A DNA stretch of 25,881 nt from an uncultured virus (IMG/VR IMGVR_UViG_3300027573_000025) (lineage: Duplodnaviria > Heunggongvirae > Uroviricota > Caudoviricetes), in IMG/VR virus record IMGVR_UViG_3300027573_000025; one strand, given 5' to 3'. Numbering within the stretch: position 1 is the first letter of the stretch; every line of letters starts with the position of its first letter. The position numbers and the translations under genes were made by a program. Below are positions 17,656 to 24,878 of the stretch, in pieces. The notes below the pieces were generated by a model. The model was not told the DNA's origin. It was given only the letters and a program-made list of their open reading frames with translations, and did not search any database.

Positions 17656-18158
17656 CAGTCCGGCTCGATTACGATATGAGACGCAAGCGCCGTCGATGCC
17701 GTCGAACCCGTATGAGCGGACAAACTAATCTCGCCCACGTTTACCGCTACGCCGTACTGCGAAATTTCTTCGCCTGGCGCGGCCACCCAACGCACAATCC
17801 CGCCGAAAGCGTTGAACGAGAGTTGCAGCAAGTGAAACGCGGCGTTTCTCTGCGGCATGGTGGTGGCGCTAAAGCCTGGTGTCGGTGGCGCCGCCAGCGC
17901 GGCAGTATGCACGCTCAATGGCGCCAACGAGCCGTTGGTGCCGAGCGTGATCGAGGTCGCGGCAATCGTCGAGTCACGCGCCACAACCATAATCATCGGC
18001 GCCGACGCGGTGGCTTGCCCACCCAGGTACACCTCGTAAGTCCTGATGAACTGCGTCGATGAACCAAGCACAAAGCACGCTCCGTTGGCGGTCATGGTGG
18101 CGCCGTTACCAACTACCGTCGCCGTCCAGGTCGGATTGGAAAAACTCCATTTAGCCAT
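17655..18158 (-). CDS. Hypothetical beta-rich structural-type protein (167 aa)
   Basis: Ala/Thr-rich, beta-strand pattern, coupled to its neighbours; no family recognised with certainty. Confidence 0.72.
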   Translation of the reverse strand: MAKWSFSNPTWTATVVGNGATMTANGACFVLGSSTQFIRTYEVYLGGQATASAPMIMVVARDSTIAATSITLGTNGSLAPLSVHTAALAAPPTPGFSATTMPQRNAAFHLLQLSFNAFGGIVRWVAAPGEEISQYGVAVNVGEISLSAHTGSTASTALASHIVIEPD

Positions 18159-18363
18159 TAGCTTTCTCCTTTTCTTCCTTTACTCTATCCAATTGTTCAC
18201 CTAATTCGCGCAGCGCAGAGGCCACGGTTGGACGAAAAACAACCGGACATCCACTTACATGAATAAACTGTCGGCGCTCGCTATCGCCGATCTGATCCCA
18301 ATAGCAGTCAAGCTCGCCAATACACGGCAACAACTTCTCCACCTGCTCGTCATATTTATCCAT
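18151..18363 (-). CDS. Small hypothetical protein with Cys/His cluster (70 aa)
   Basis: ATG 18363 follows the upstream TAG by 2 nt; MDKYDEQVEKLLPCIGELDCYW...HVSGCP. Confidence 0.6.
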   Translation of the reverse strand: MDKYDEQVEKLLPCIGELDCYWDQIGDSERRQFIHVSGCPVVFRPTVASALRELGEQLDRVKEEKEKANG

Positions 18364-18365
18364 CG

Positions 18366-18665
18366 CTAGTCTCCCGTCACAATAATCGGCCCGCCGTGGT
18401 GAGCCGCTTTTTCCGCCGCTTCGATAACCTTCATCCACGGTCTGCACTCCAGCCCGCACGCCGGCTTGTCGCACACATAATGGTCACACTTTACGCAATA
18501 GTGGCGTGGGCGTTTGCGCGTAGGCGATAGCACCACCACCGAGCCACAGTGAGAGCATGTTACCGTTGGCGACTCCCACACTTGCCCCTCGGGCGCGAGC
18601 GCGTTGCCGGGACTAGCTCGGTGGTCGATGATGAGGTAGCCCTCTTTGGTTCGTTGACTGCTCAT
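18366..18665 (-). CDS. Zinc-finger protein (99 aa)
   Basis: ATGA-coupled start at 18665; CSHC...CVKCDHYVCDKPAC...C (7 Cys). Confidence 0.75.
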   Translation of the reverse strand: MSSQRTKEGYLIIDHRASPGNALAPEGQVWESPTVTCSHCGSVVVLSPTRKRPRHYCVKCDHYVCDKPACGLECRPWMKVIEAAEKAAHHGGPIIVTGD

Positions 18666-19246
18666 AAGCAAATCTGCGCCATTAAGTTGGTAGAGCCTAA
18701 ATCTCCACCCGCAAAATCATCAATTGATTCAGAACCGGCTGCGCCAGTATACCCCGCGATACGCACACCGATAGCGCCCGTTGCCGGAATGTCGCCATTG
18801 CTCACACTTAGAATCGTCCCACCGTTGCGATTTAGAACCAAATCGCTGCCGTTTACTTGGAAATAAATTACGTCACTTACCGCCCACGCGGTGGTATCAT
18901 CTCCGGCTATTTGAGTTAGCACCGTTGCGATAGATTTATAAATTCGTGTCCACGGTGCGCCGGTGTAATGCCTTGCCATATAGTAGGTACCAACAGCATC
19001 ATCGAGGCGTAAAAACAAAGCCCAATTAGCATTACCATTTGCTTTAGCTGATATAGTAAATTGGGCAAACTGATTTGCACCTGGAGTAGACGCATTCCAA
19101 TAGACAGCACTGTCTGCGATATCAAGAGAAGAACACAACCTATTGCTAATAATTCGGGCATCAGCATATCCCCCACTTATTGTGGTCCAATTACCACCTA
19201 CGGGATTTGCGTCAGCGCGGTTAAAATCATCAGCGATAGCAGTCAT
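18662..19246 (-). CDS. ConA-like beta-sandwich (putative carbohydrate-binding) protein (194 aa)
   Basis: DDFNRAD start, NQFAQFTI, VIYFQVNGSDLVLNRNG...GAIGV...IDDFAGGDL beta-sandwich pattern. Confidence 0.65.
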   Translation of the reverse strand: MTAIADDFNRADANPVGGNWTTISGGYADARIISNRLCSSLDIADSAVYWNASTPGANQFAQFTISAKANGNANWALFLRLDDAVGTYYMARHYTGAPWTRIYKSIATVLTQIAGDDTTAWAVSDVIYFQVNGSDLVLNRNGGTILSVSNGDIPATGAIGVRIAGYTGAAGSESIDDFAGGDLGSTNLMAQICL

Positions 19247-20313
19247 CAGGGCAACTCCACGTCCTGCCAGCCCGAACCTGCTTCAACAGCCGCCAATAAC
19301 GTATCATCAGCAGTCTCAGCAGTATAAGAGTATGACGCGGATGGATTGAAAATACTTTCAGGAGTACGTTCCTCCACTAGTGCGCCACTTAAAAGATATT
19401 CACCGATACATTTAACGTACAACGATGGCCCAGGCTCAATACCGCCTATGTCCGAATCTAACATCAATGCAACGCCGCCAGCATGTTTTTTGTAAATGTC
19501 ATTCTCTGAATAAAATTGAACATTGAGTCCCGCTTGAACTCCAAGTACATTACGATCCAGATAATTATTGAATGCGTGTATCTTCCCCCATCTACACAAT
19601 GGATGACGAACATAGGTCGCTTGGTAATGGTTGTGATGCAACGTGATTGTCATATCTGCATCTTGTGTGCTGCTAGGATCGGAAATCAATACCGCTTTGT
19701 CGCCATAGCCAGGAGCTTCACCACCACCACCGCCGCCTGTAGTCGTCGGCCATTTACACCATGAGATAGTAATTCCGTAAGGCGCAATATCACCGTTTGG
19801 AAAAGCACTGCCAATATCAGAACCAACAAATAGCAGTTCATCCGTTGCATCGTGAAACGTGCAATGATCTATCCAGATGTTAGAAGCAGCCCCGCCTATG
19901 ATAACCCCACCGTTACTAGTAATTTCCTCAAATGTGATGTTGTGAATGATCACGTTATCAGTAACGAAATCGCTCACGGACCACACGCCTATTTCCATCC
20001 CAGAACTGGAAATCAGTACGTTTGCGCCCCTGCCATCAATAGTTTTATTGGATCGAATTTTGAGTACCGTAGATTGCGTGATAGTCCCCGACACATCAAA
20101 CACGATCCAATAGGGCGTAGTTGATTCTGCGCCTGCGCGAAGCGAACCAACGCCTGAGTCGTTCAGGTTGGTGACGTGATACAGCTCGGCACCCGCCCCG
20201 CCTACGGTGTCTTTACCGAAGCCGACGACGTTGGCAAGGATGTTCTCCCATGGTCGCAGATTGCTGGAACCTGCCGGCAAACCCGGCGCTTCGTAAGTTA
20301 CTGTAGGCGCCAC
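19246..20313 (-). CDS. Pectate lyase family 1 (PL1)-like protein (355 aa)
   Basis: Start reassigned to GTG 20313 (TAGTG overlap). Shows GFGKDTVGG, YHVTNLNDSGVGSLR, IVFDVSGTI, SNKTIDGRG, NIWIDHCTF and RHPLCRWG (RxPxxR) motifs. Confidence 0.88.
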   Translation of the reverse strand: MAPTVTYEAPGLPAGSSNLRPWENILANVVGFGKDTVGGAGAELYHVTNLNDSGVGSLRAGAESTTPYWIVFDVSGTITQSTVLKIRSNKTIDGRGANVLISSSGMEIGVWSVSDFVTDNVIIHNITFEEITSNGGVIIGGAASNIWIDHCTFHDATDELLFVGSDIGSAFPNGDIAPYGITISWCKWPTTTGGGGGGEAPGYGDKAVLISDPSSTQDADMTITLHHNHYQATYVRHPLCRWGKIHAFNNYLDRNVLGVQAGLNVQFYSENDIYKKHAGGVALMLDSDIGGIEPGPSLYVKCIGEYLLSGALVEERTPESIFNPSASYSYTAETADDTLLAAVEAGSGWQDVELP

Positions 20314-20525
20314 TATCCCATCCCCGCGCCGGTCATGCCCAGTTTTCCCGGGTCCATGCTGAACTCGAAATGTCTTCGACCGCATACTTTGCAACGCTCC
20401 ACTACGAGGTCCGCTTTCAATTGGTGCGGCTCGCAGTTCTCTTTTATTCGGCAACACTCGACCGGCCTATCCTCTCGTGGAATGTAGGTGGCACGGTAGA
20501 GTTCGCCGAGGGTAGTATCGCTCAT
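20313..20525 (-). CDS. Small Zn-binding-type protein (70 aa)
   Basis: ECC...RCKVCGRRH; ATGA-coupled to the upstream gene. Confidence 0.65.
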   Translation of the reverse strand: MSDTTLGELYRATYIPREDRPVECCRIKENCEPHQLKADLVVERCKVCGRRHFEFSMDPGKLGMTGAGMG

Positions 20526-20953
20526 GTCAGTGTGAAGATGTTCCCGGCAACGCCAACGGCGGCGTTGCTGAACTTCGCTGAAAATGTTTCGCCGTTACCT
20601 AGTGTCAGCGGCGAGCCGTAGTCCCACCAGCATATTAAGCCGGTAGCTACAGTGCTGTTCTGGAGCACCACATACTGCCAGCTTTGCCAGTCGGCAGCGG
20701 TGGCGGTCCACATGAGGGACGTGCCGCGAAGCCGTCCGGTGCCCGCAGGACTCTCGTCATAGGTGTTGAGAGTATCCTCGCCGCCCGCCGTGTAGCCGGT
20801 GCCGGTCGGTTGCGTCACGTCGGTCAGCACCGTGTCAGTATTGACGATCGGATCGGTGGCGCGCACCAAGGCGATTTTCAGAGCGTCGGTGTTGAGGTTG
20901 ACGCCAAGCCCAATCTGCTCGGCAAAGTCGAGTATCTTATTGTATGTTGCCAT
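20522..20953 (-). CDS. Small conserved phage virion protein (143 aa)
   Basis: LNTDALKIALV, GTGYTAGG and LICWWDYGSPLTLGNGETF pattern, typical of a widespread phage minor structural family; GGGGAG RBS. Confidence 0.72.
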   Translation of the reverse strand: MATYNKILDFAEQIGLGVNLNTDALKIALVRATDPIVNTDTVLTDVTQPTGTGYTAGGEDTLNTYDESPAGTGRLRGTSLMWTATAADWQSWQYVVLQNSTVATGLICWWDYGSPLTLGNGETFSAKFSNAAVGVAGNIFTLT

Positions 20954-20961
20954 CGCTCCCC

Positions 20962-21417
20962 CTAAAGTTTATGCGCTGCCTTGAACGCCTCGAAGGCTTT
21001 CTTTACTGCGTCGAGTTCTGCCTGCTTTGCCGTCTTTTCCGCTCCGAGCTTGTCAATCTCCCTGCTGTACTGCGCGCCTAGTTCCCCAAGCTGCTCCATC
21101 TTGCGGTCATGATCCGCTCTAGTCTTGGCAAACTCGGCTGTAAGCGCCGCCGTCTTTGTAGCCATACCGTTAGTGAAATCGTCAAACGCTTTACGCGCCA
21201 AGTCTGTTTCCCGCGCCAGTTTCGCCTTGGCGGTTTCGAGCACGGCTATCTCGTCGGCGAGCGCCTTCTTGCGTGACTCGTCTTCTTTGGTCGCCTTGGC
21301 AAACGCTTTCTCCGCGGCTTCCGCCGATTCGACAATCTCGATACACGAGGTTATCGCGGGGGCGAACTGCATCATCGGCTTTAACGCTTCTCTGATTTGT
21401 ATGGCTGTCATGGTCAT
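20962..21417 (-). CDS. Coiled-coil protein (151 aa)
   Basis: Ala/Lys/Glu-rich heptad pattern over ~120 aa; no transmembrane segment. Confidence 0.75.
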   Translation of the reverse strand: MTMTAIQIREALKPMMQFAPAITSCIEIVESAEAAEKAFAKATKEDESRKKALADEIAVLETAKAKLARETDLARKAFDDFTNGMATKTAALTAEFAKTRADHDRKMEQLGELGAQYSREIDKLGAEKTAKQAELDAVKKAFEAFKAAHKL

Positions 21418-21426
21418 GGTCGCCCC

Positions 21427-21891
21427 CTATTGAAGAAATCCTTGTATATTGACATTGCGCGTGCCGGTGCCGGGATGGACAAAGCAGATAGCGTGCAGCG
21501 CCGTGGCTTTGATAGGCGTCGTGAAATGAACGGCGTTGTGAGTAAATGCCAGTGAGAATCCAGCCCACAAAGACGCTGTGGCACTGCCGCAGTCGGCGCC
21601 AGTGCCGCTTCGTATCAGCATGTAATTTGTCGTGGTGCTGATAATACTACTGCTCCATGAGATGTCGGTGATATAGCGCGAGCCGGCGGTTGGCGCTGAA
21701 CAGCCAGTCACTTCGGTCAGTGCCGTTGCCGTCGAAATTATCGTGCAGTTAAACCCCTGCCCTAGCGACCCGACACGCGAATAGATTTGTGCGTCTGCAG
21801 GTCTATTCATCATTAACGCAGCGAACCCGTACATAACCAACACAACCAACAGCGTTATGCCACCACGATATTGTTGAACAATACTTTTCAT
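21427..21891 (-). CDS. Signal-peptide-bearing small beta-sandwich protein (154 aa)
   Basis: ATGA-coupled start at 21891 (or ATG 21897). MKSIVQQYRGGITLLVVLVMYGFAALMMNRPADA|Q, then a Ser/Thr-rich beta domain with 4 Cys. Confidence 0.7.
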   Translation of the reverse strand: MKSIVQQYRGGITLLVVLVMYGFAALMMNRPADAQIYSRVGSLGQGFNCTIISTATALTEVTGCSAPTAGSRYITDISWSSSIISTTTNYMLIRSGTGADCGSATASLWAGFSLAFTHNAVHFTTPIKATALHAICFVHPGTGTRNVNIQGFLQ

Positions 21892-22559
21892 TGCCATGCC
21901 TCTTTCACCCAATCTAGTTTTTTGTATACCTCTAATGGTTTTGGAAATCCGTGGCATATCCATAACGGCGTCGATTCAGGATTAGCCGGTCTGTCCTTCG
22001 GTTCGAGATTCCAATAGTGCGTGTTGAATCCCTTTATCTTGTCGGGGAATAAGCGGTTAAAGGTCGGTGCGCCCGGTAACTGCTCGCTCAGATATTCCTG
22101 ATCGCTATAATGGGTTTTCATTATCTCATCGCCATGTTGAGCGAAGTTCTCCCATACATGCGTTGCGTATCCTGGACGCAGACTCCACAACGAGCCATTG
22201 TAATACTTAGGCGCATCCACATTGTTGACCGTCTGCCATGTCGCTAGAGCGCAGAAGTCACCGCGCCAGTCTAGCAACCAGTCGATATTCCCGGTGATTA
22301 CCACGTCCAGGTCGATTGCAACAATCTGGTCATTCTCGATACATTGCGGTGGAGCAAAGAGCGGTATCTTGCACCACCACCCCTTCATCCAATACGGCAA
22401 TGGCCGGCACTCTATGCGAGCATCGACACCGGATCTATCTTCCGTAAAACATACAAAACGGAAGTCTCTATTCGTGTTGCGCCGTATCATGGATTCCAGC
22501 TTATTCACATACTCGGACTTGTAAAAATGTCCCTGCTTGATACATACAACATTCACCAC
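21888..22559 (-). CDS. GT-A fold glycosyltransferase (GT8-like; 223 aa)
   Basis: NVVCIK...YVNKL, FVCFTED, GWWCKIPLF, DxD motif IDLDVVITGNID, YNGSLW, SDQEYL and CHGFPKP. Confidence 0.88.
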   Translation of the reverse strand: MVNVVCIKQGHFYKSEYVNKLESMIRRNTNRDFRFVCFTEDRSGVDARIECRPLPYWMKGWWCKIPLFAPPQCIENDQIVAIDLDVVITGNIDWLLDWRGDFCALATWQTVNNVDAPKYYNGSLWSLRPGYATHVWENFAQHGDEIMKTHYSDQEYLSEQLPGAPTFNRLFPDKIKGFNTHYWNLEPKDRPANPESTPLWICHGFPKPLEVYKKLDWVKEAWQ

Positions 22560-23125
22560 GGCGCCCCCGTAAGCACGATTAGCCGGTCATCTTCTGACCT
22601 GTCTTGCCATTCTATCGGCCAACGCTTATCAATCTGGTCAAGCCACCATGCGGCGCTTTTAACTGTTAGGTGCAATGTCTCGCCTATCTTCGCGCCCCAT
22701 CCTTCAGGCCACAGTGCAATCTGCATAAAAGCGCCCCACATGCTCACATGCGCAATATTATCCAGCACGGCGTCAACGTGCTCAGGCGGAATGTGCTCCA
22801 GCACGTCGCAGCAGTAGGCCCAATCGAACTTGAGCGTAATCGGTTCCCATAGGCAATATTGGATAAATCGCATCTGGCCTTTACGGAAACTAACGTCAAG
22901 AGCGTTGCGCGTAATGTCCATGAGCCAAACATTGAAACCCGCTTTGGATAGTTCCCATCCTGCCCGGCCCGTGCCGCAGCCTAAGTCAATAAGAGTCTCG
23001 CCTTTATCCCAATCGGCGTGTTGCAGGAATGTCGGCACGAGGAGTTCGCCGGGCGATTTAACCCGATAGCCGGGGACTTCCCAAATTCTCCGGTATTTAT
23101 CCTGCTCTTGCTCTGGTGTTATCAT
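22553..23125 (-). CDS. Class I SAM-dependent methyltransferase (190 aa)
   Basis: Motif I LIDLGCGTGRAG, FDWAYCCDVLEHIP and LHLTV...WW. Confidence 0.9.
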   Translation of the reverse strand: MITPEQEQDKYRRIWEVPGYRVKSPGELLVPTFLQHADWDKGETLIDLGCGTGRAGWELSKAGFNVWLMDITRNALDVSFRKGQMRFIQYCLWEPITLKFDWAYCCDVLEHIPPEHVDAVLDNIAHVSMWGAFMQIALWPEGWGAKIGETLHLTVKSAAWWLDQIDKRWPIEWQDRSEDDRLIVLTGAPW

Positions 23126-23253
23126 CTTGCGCTGTGCTTAGTACATGGCGGCGTCGAGGTGCAACCATCAACCAGACACTTTGGCGGTGCCACCACCGGC
23201 TCGACTTGAGCTTCATTCACAGGCTTTTTGATAGCCTTTTTTTTAGGTGGCAT
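23122..23253 (-). CDS. 43-aa basic peptide with C-x4-C-x5-C-x2-H knuckle
   Basis: Hand translation MPPKKKAIKKPVNEAQVEPVVAPPKCLVDGCTSTPPCTKHSAR*; AGGTGA upstream; ATGA-coupled to the methyltransferase; fills the gap exactly. Confidence 0.65.
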   Translation of the reverse strand: MPPKKKAIKKPVNEAQVEPVVAPPKCLVDGCTSTPPCTKHSAR

Positions 23254-23261
23254 CGAATCAC

Positions 23262-23474
23262 CTAAACTGCGTCGTCTGCTCGGTCTTCTACCCATCCCCC
23301 GTATTCCTTGGTTGTAGCACTGCTAGGTGATGCAGGTCTTTGGAAACGGCAAATGGTGTTGCCAGATTTATCGACTGCCATGTGCGCGTTAGTCCAGGTG
23401 CCATCGGCTATTTTAGCCCTGGCCCATTCTTCTGCGGCTATTTTCCCGGCTGCGGAGTTTGCAAAATTAGCCAT
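23262..23474 (-). CDS. Hypothetical protein (70 aa)
   Basis: GGAGGA upstream; fits between neighbours with 3- and 8-nt gaps. Confidence 0.65.
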   Translation of the reverse strand: MANFANSAAGKIAAEEWARAKIADGTWTNAHMAVDKSGNTICRFQRPASPSSATTKEYGGWVEDRADDAV

Positions 23475-23477
23475 AAC

Positions 23478-23747
23478 TTATTCCTCCCTTAGAGAGCATT
23501 GCCCGCGCCTGATAAGTTGAATGAGTTTGTCATCCTCGGCTGGCCCGGCATCGTGCAGGCAAAACCCCTGCTTGATGGCGCCGTGCGGATCGGTGAGAAA
23601 GATTGGCATGTCGGTATAGCGTTTGTCGTGAACGCGGCAGCGTGTCGCCATCGGCATTCCTGGGATACCGCCAACGTCTAGGTGCTCGCACTTGAAAGCG
23701 CCGAGGAAACAGCAGACTCCACATTGATTGCAGGTGCCTTTAAGCAT
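23478..23747 (-). CDS. CxxCxxCC (YkgJ/FliB-like) Zn or Fe-S cluster protein (89 aa)
   Basis: CNQCGVCC...CEHL...CRVHDKR matches the CxxCGxCC...CxxL...CxxxxxR family pattern. Confidence 0.72.
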   Translation of the reverse strand: MLKGTCNQCGVCCFLGAFKCEHLDVGGIPGMPMATRCRVHDKRYTDMPIFLTDPHGAIKQGFCLHDAGPAEDDKLIQLIRRGQCSLREE

Positions 23748-24327
23748 GACCTAAGAATTCCTTGGTCCACCCGGACATACTACGCAGTGCCGCCTTAAAC
23801 TCCGGGTTCCGGTTTACTTCCGCCTTGAACTGGCTCTGGACTTTCAGGTAGCCACCATTCACAGTATCGTTGCTCTGCCAAAAACACGGCTTTGTGTCCG
23901 TGGGACAGCCGCAAAGTACGATGGGAGAACATCCCATCAGCCACGCAATCTGTGCCGCAAACAGTCCTGATAGGGCCATTATCGGTGTCAGTCCCGTCCA
24001 TTGGTGCCATTCCCTTTCCCCATACAAGCCGCCGTCATGGACTCTGAAATCCTTATTGCCGTATCCCTTGCTGGTCGCATCGCGTCTCAGCCCGGTCCAG
24101 TGATCCAGCTTCGGAGTGTGAAGAGACACCATATGATCCACATGAGAAAGGTAGACGCCAATGTCGTTAGCAGCAAACTGAACGCATCGGCCCAGTATTG
24201 ATTTGGCGGCTTCCACTTCTTCAAAGACGCCTTTCGCATTTCCGGCTACGATGGCCGGCTGGCCCCGAAGCTCCCCTAAGAGAGCCTCGGAGCCTTCGCC
24301 GGTGTATCCGCCTGACTCCCAAGTCAC
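23740..24327 (-). CDS. Maf/DUF115-like (sialyltransferase-like fold) putative glycosyltransferase (~195 aa)
   Basis: Start reassigned to GTG 24327. AIVAGNA, FAANDIG and SGLFAAQIAWLMGCSPIVLCG match the IxGxG...N...SG..A..A..MG...I.L.G pattern of Maf/GT42-like proteins. Confidence 0.62.
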   Translation of the reverse strand: MTWESGGYTGEGSEALLGELRGQPAIVAGNAKGVFEEVEAAKSILGRCVQFAANDIGVYLSHVDHMVSLHTPKLDHWTGLRRDATSKGYGNKDFRVHDGGLYGEREWHQWTGLTPIMALSGLFAAQIAWLMGCSPIVLCGCPTDTKPCFWQSNDTVNGGYLKVQSQFKAEVNRNPEFKAALRSMSGWTKEFLGHA

Positions 24328-24329
24328 GC

Positions 24330-24821
24330 CTATTCCGTGAACATGAAAGTGTAGTTGATAACCGTCGTCGCCACCGGAACGACCGCAGACCACGTTAAGG
24401 TAACAATCTTGTCAGTCGTCGGCTGGTAGTGGCAGCCGGTAGCGTTCATGCGACCAACAGCCGCCGCGTCAACATCGAAAGCGGTAACGTACTTATCCGC
24501 CGTGGTGCCGTCGCCCAAGGCCAGGGTCACGCCAGCGCCAGCCGAGGCGCCGGCAGCACCACTAGACACGATAACTTCCAGACACTTCCAGCCGGCCCGG
24601 TGGACAAACAGCTTTACCGTGCCCGATGCTGTCTCGGTGGTGCCAACAACGTATGTGCCGGCGCCGACGATATGCGTGTCGCTGATGATGATAAGGTGGC
24701 CGAAGCGGTCGTCTGACCGAAACGGACGACCGAGAATGTCGTGGTTCTGATACGACGTTGAGCGAAGCTCGCTCGCCGTGCCACGGCTCGATAGTAATAC
24801 CCGCTTGATGAATTGAAACAT
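24330..24821 (-). CDS. Capsid decoration/cement-like jelly-roll protein (163 aa)
   Basis: Directly after the MCP with a GAGGA RBS; beta-rich (GTVKLF, GVTLALGDGTTADKY, IVTLTW) as in BPP-1-type cement proteins. Confidence 0.68.
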   Translation of the reverse strand: MFQFIKRVLLSSRGTASELRSTSYQNHDILGRPFRSDDRFGHLIIISDTHIVGAGTYVVGTTETASGTVKLFVHRAGWKCLEVIVSSGAAGASAGAGVTLALGDGTTADKYVTAFDVDAAAVGRMNATGCHYQPTTDKIVTLTWSAVVPVATTVINYTFMFTE

Positions 24822-24835
24822 ATCTTTGTCCTCTC

Positions 24836-24860
24836 TAGGGTGTTCTCCATTTCCACCCTA
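24836..24860 (-). other. Intergenic stem-loop between the MCP and decoration genes
   Basis: TAGGGTG-11 nt-CACCCTA perfect 7-bp inverted repeat; no U-tract follows it on the minus strand. Confidence 0.5.
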
Positions 24861-24878
24861 ATTAACTGGCGTTAGTGT

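Noticed and set aside
20962..21891. Holin/spanin lysis cassette (hydrophobic N-terminus plus coiled coil)
   Set aside because: The coiled-coil protein has no transmembrane segment, no lipobox was seen, and no endolysin is adjacent.
23236..23244. A-AAA-AAG slippery run in the 43-aa ORF
   Set aside because: The -1 frame stops after about 7 codons (TGA), so no fusion product results; the run is explained by Lys codons.
8610..24393. Long upstream starts given by the ORF track (9389, 16602, 18474, 20457, 21963, 24393)
   Set aside because: They overlap upstream genes extensively; downstream starts coincide with stop/start coupling and with where domain-like sequence begins.
24836..24860. Rho-independent terminator after the MCP
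   Set aside because: The hairpin is followed by GAGAGGAC rather than a U-tract on the coding strand; kept only as a generic stem-loop.
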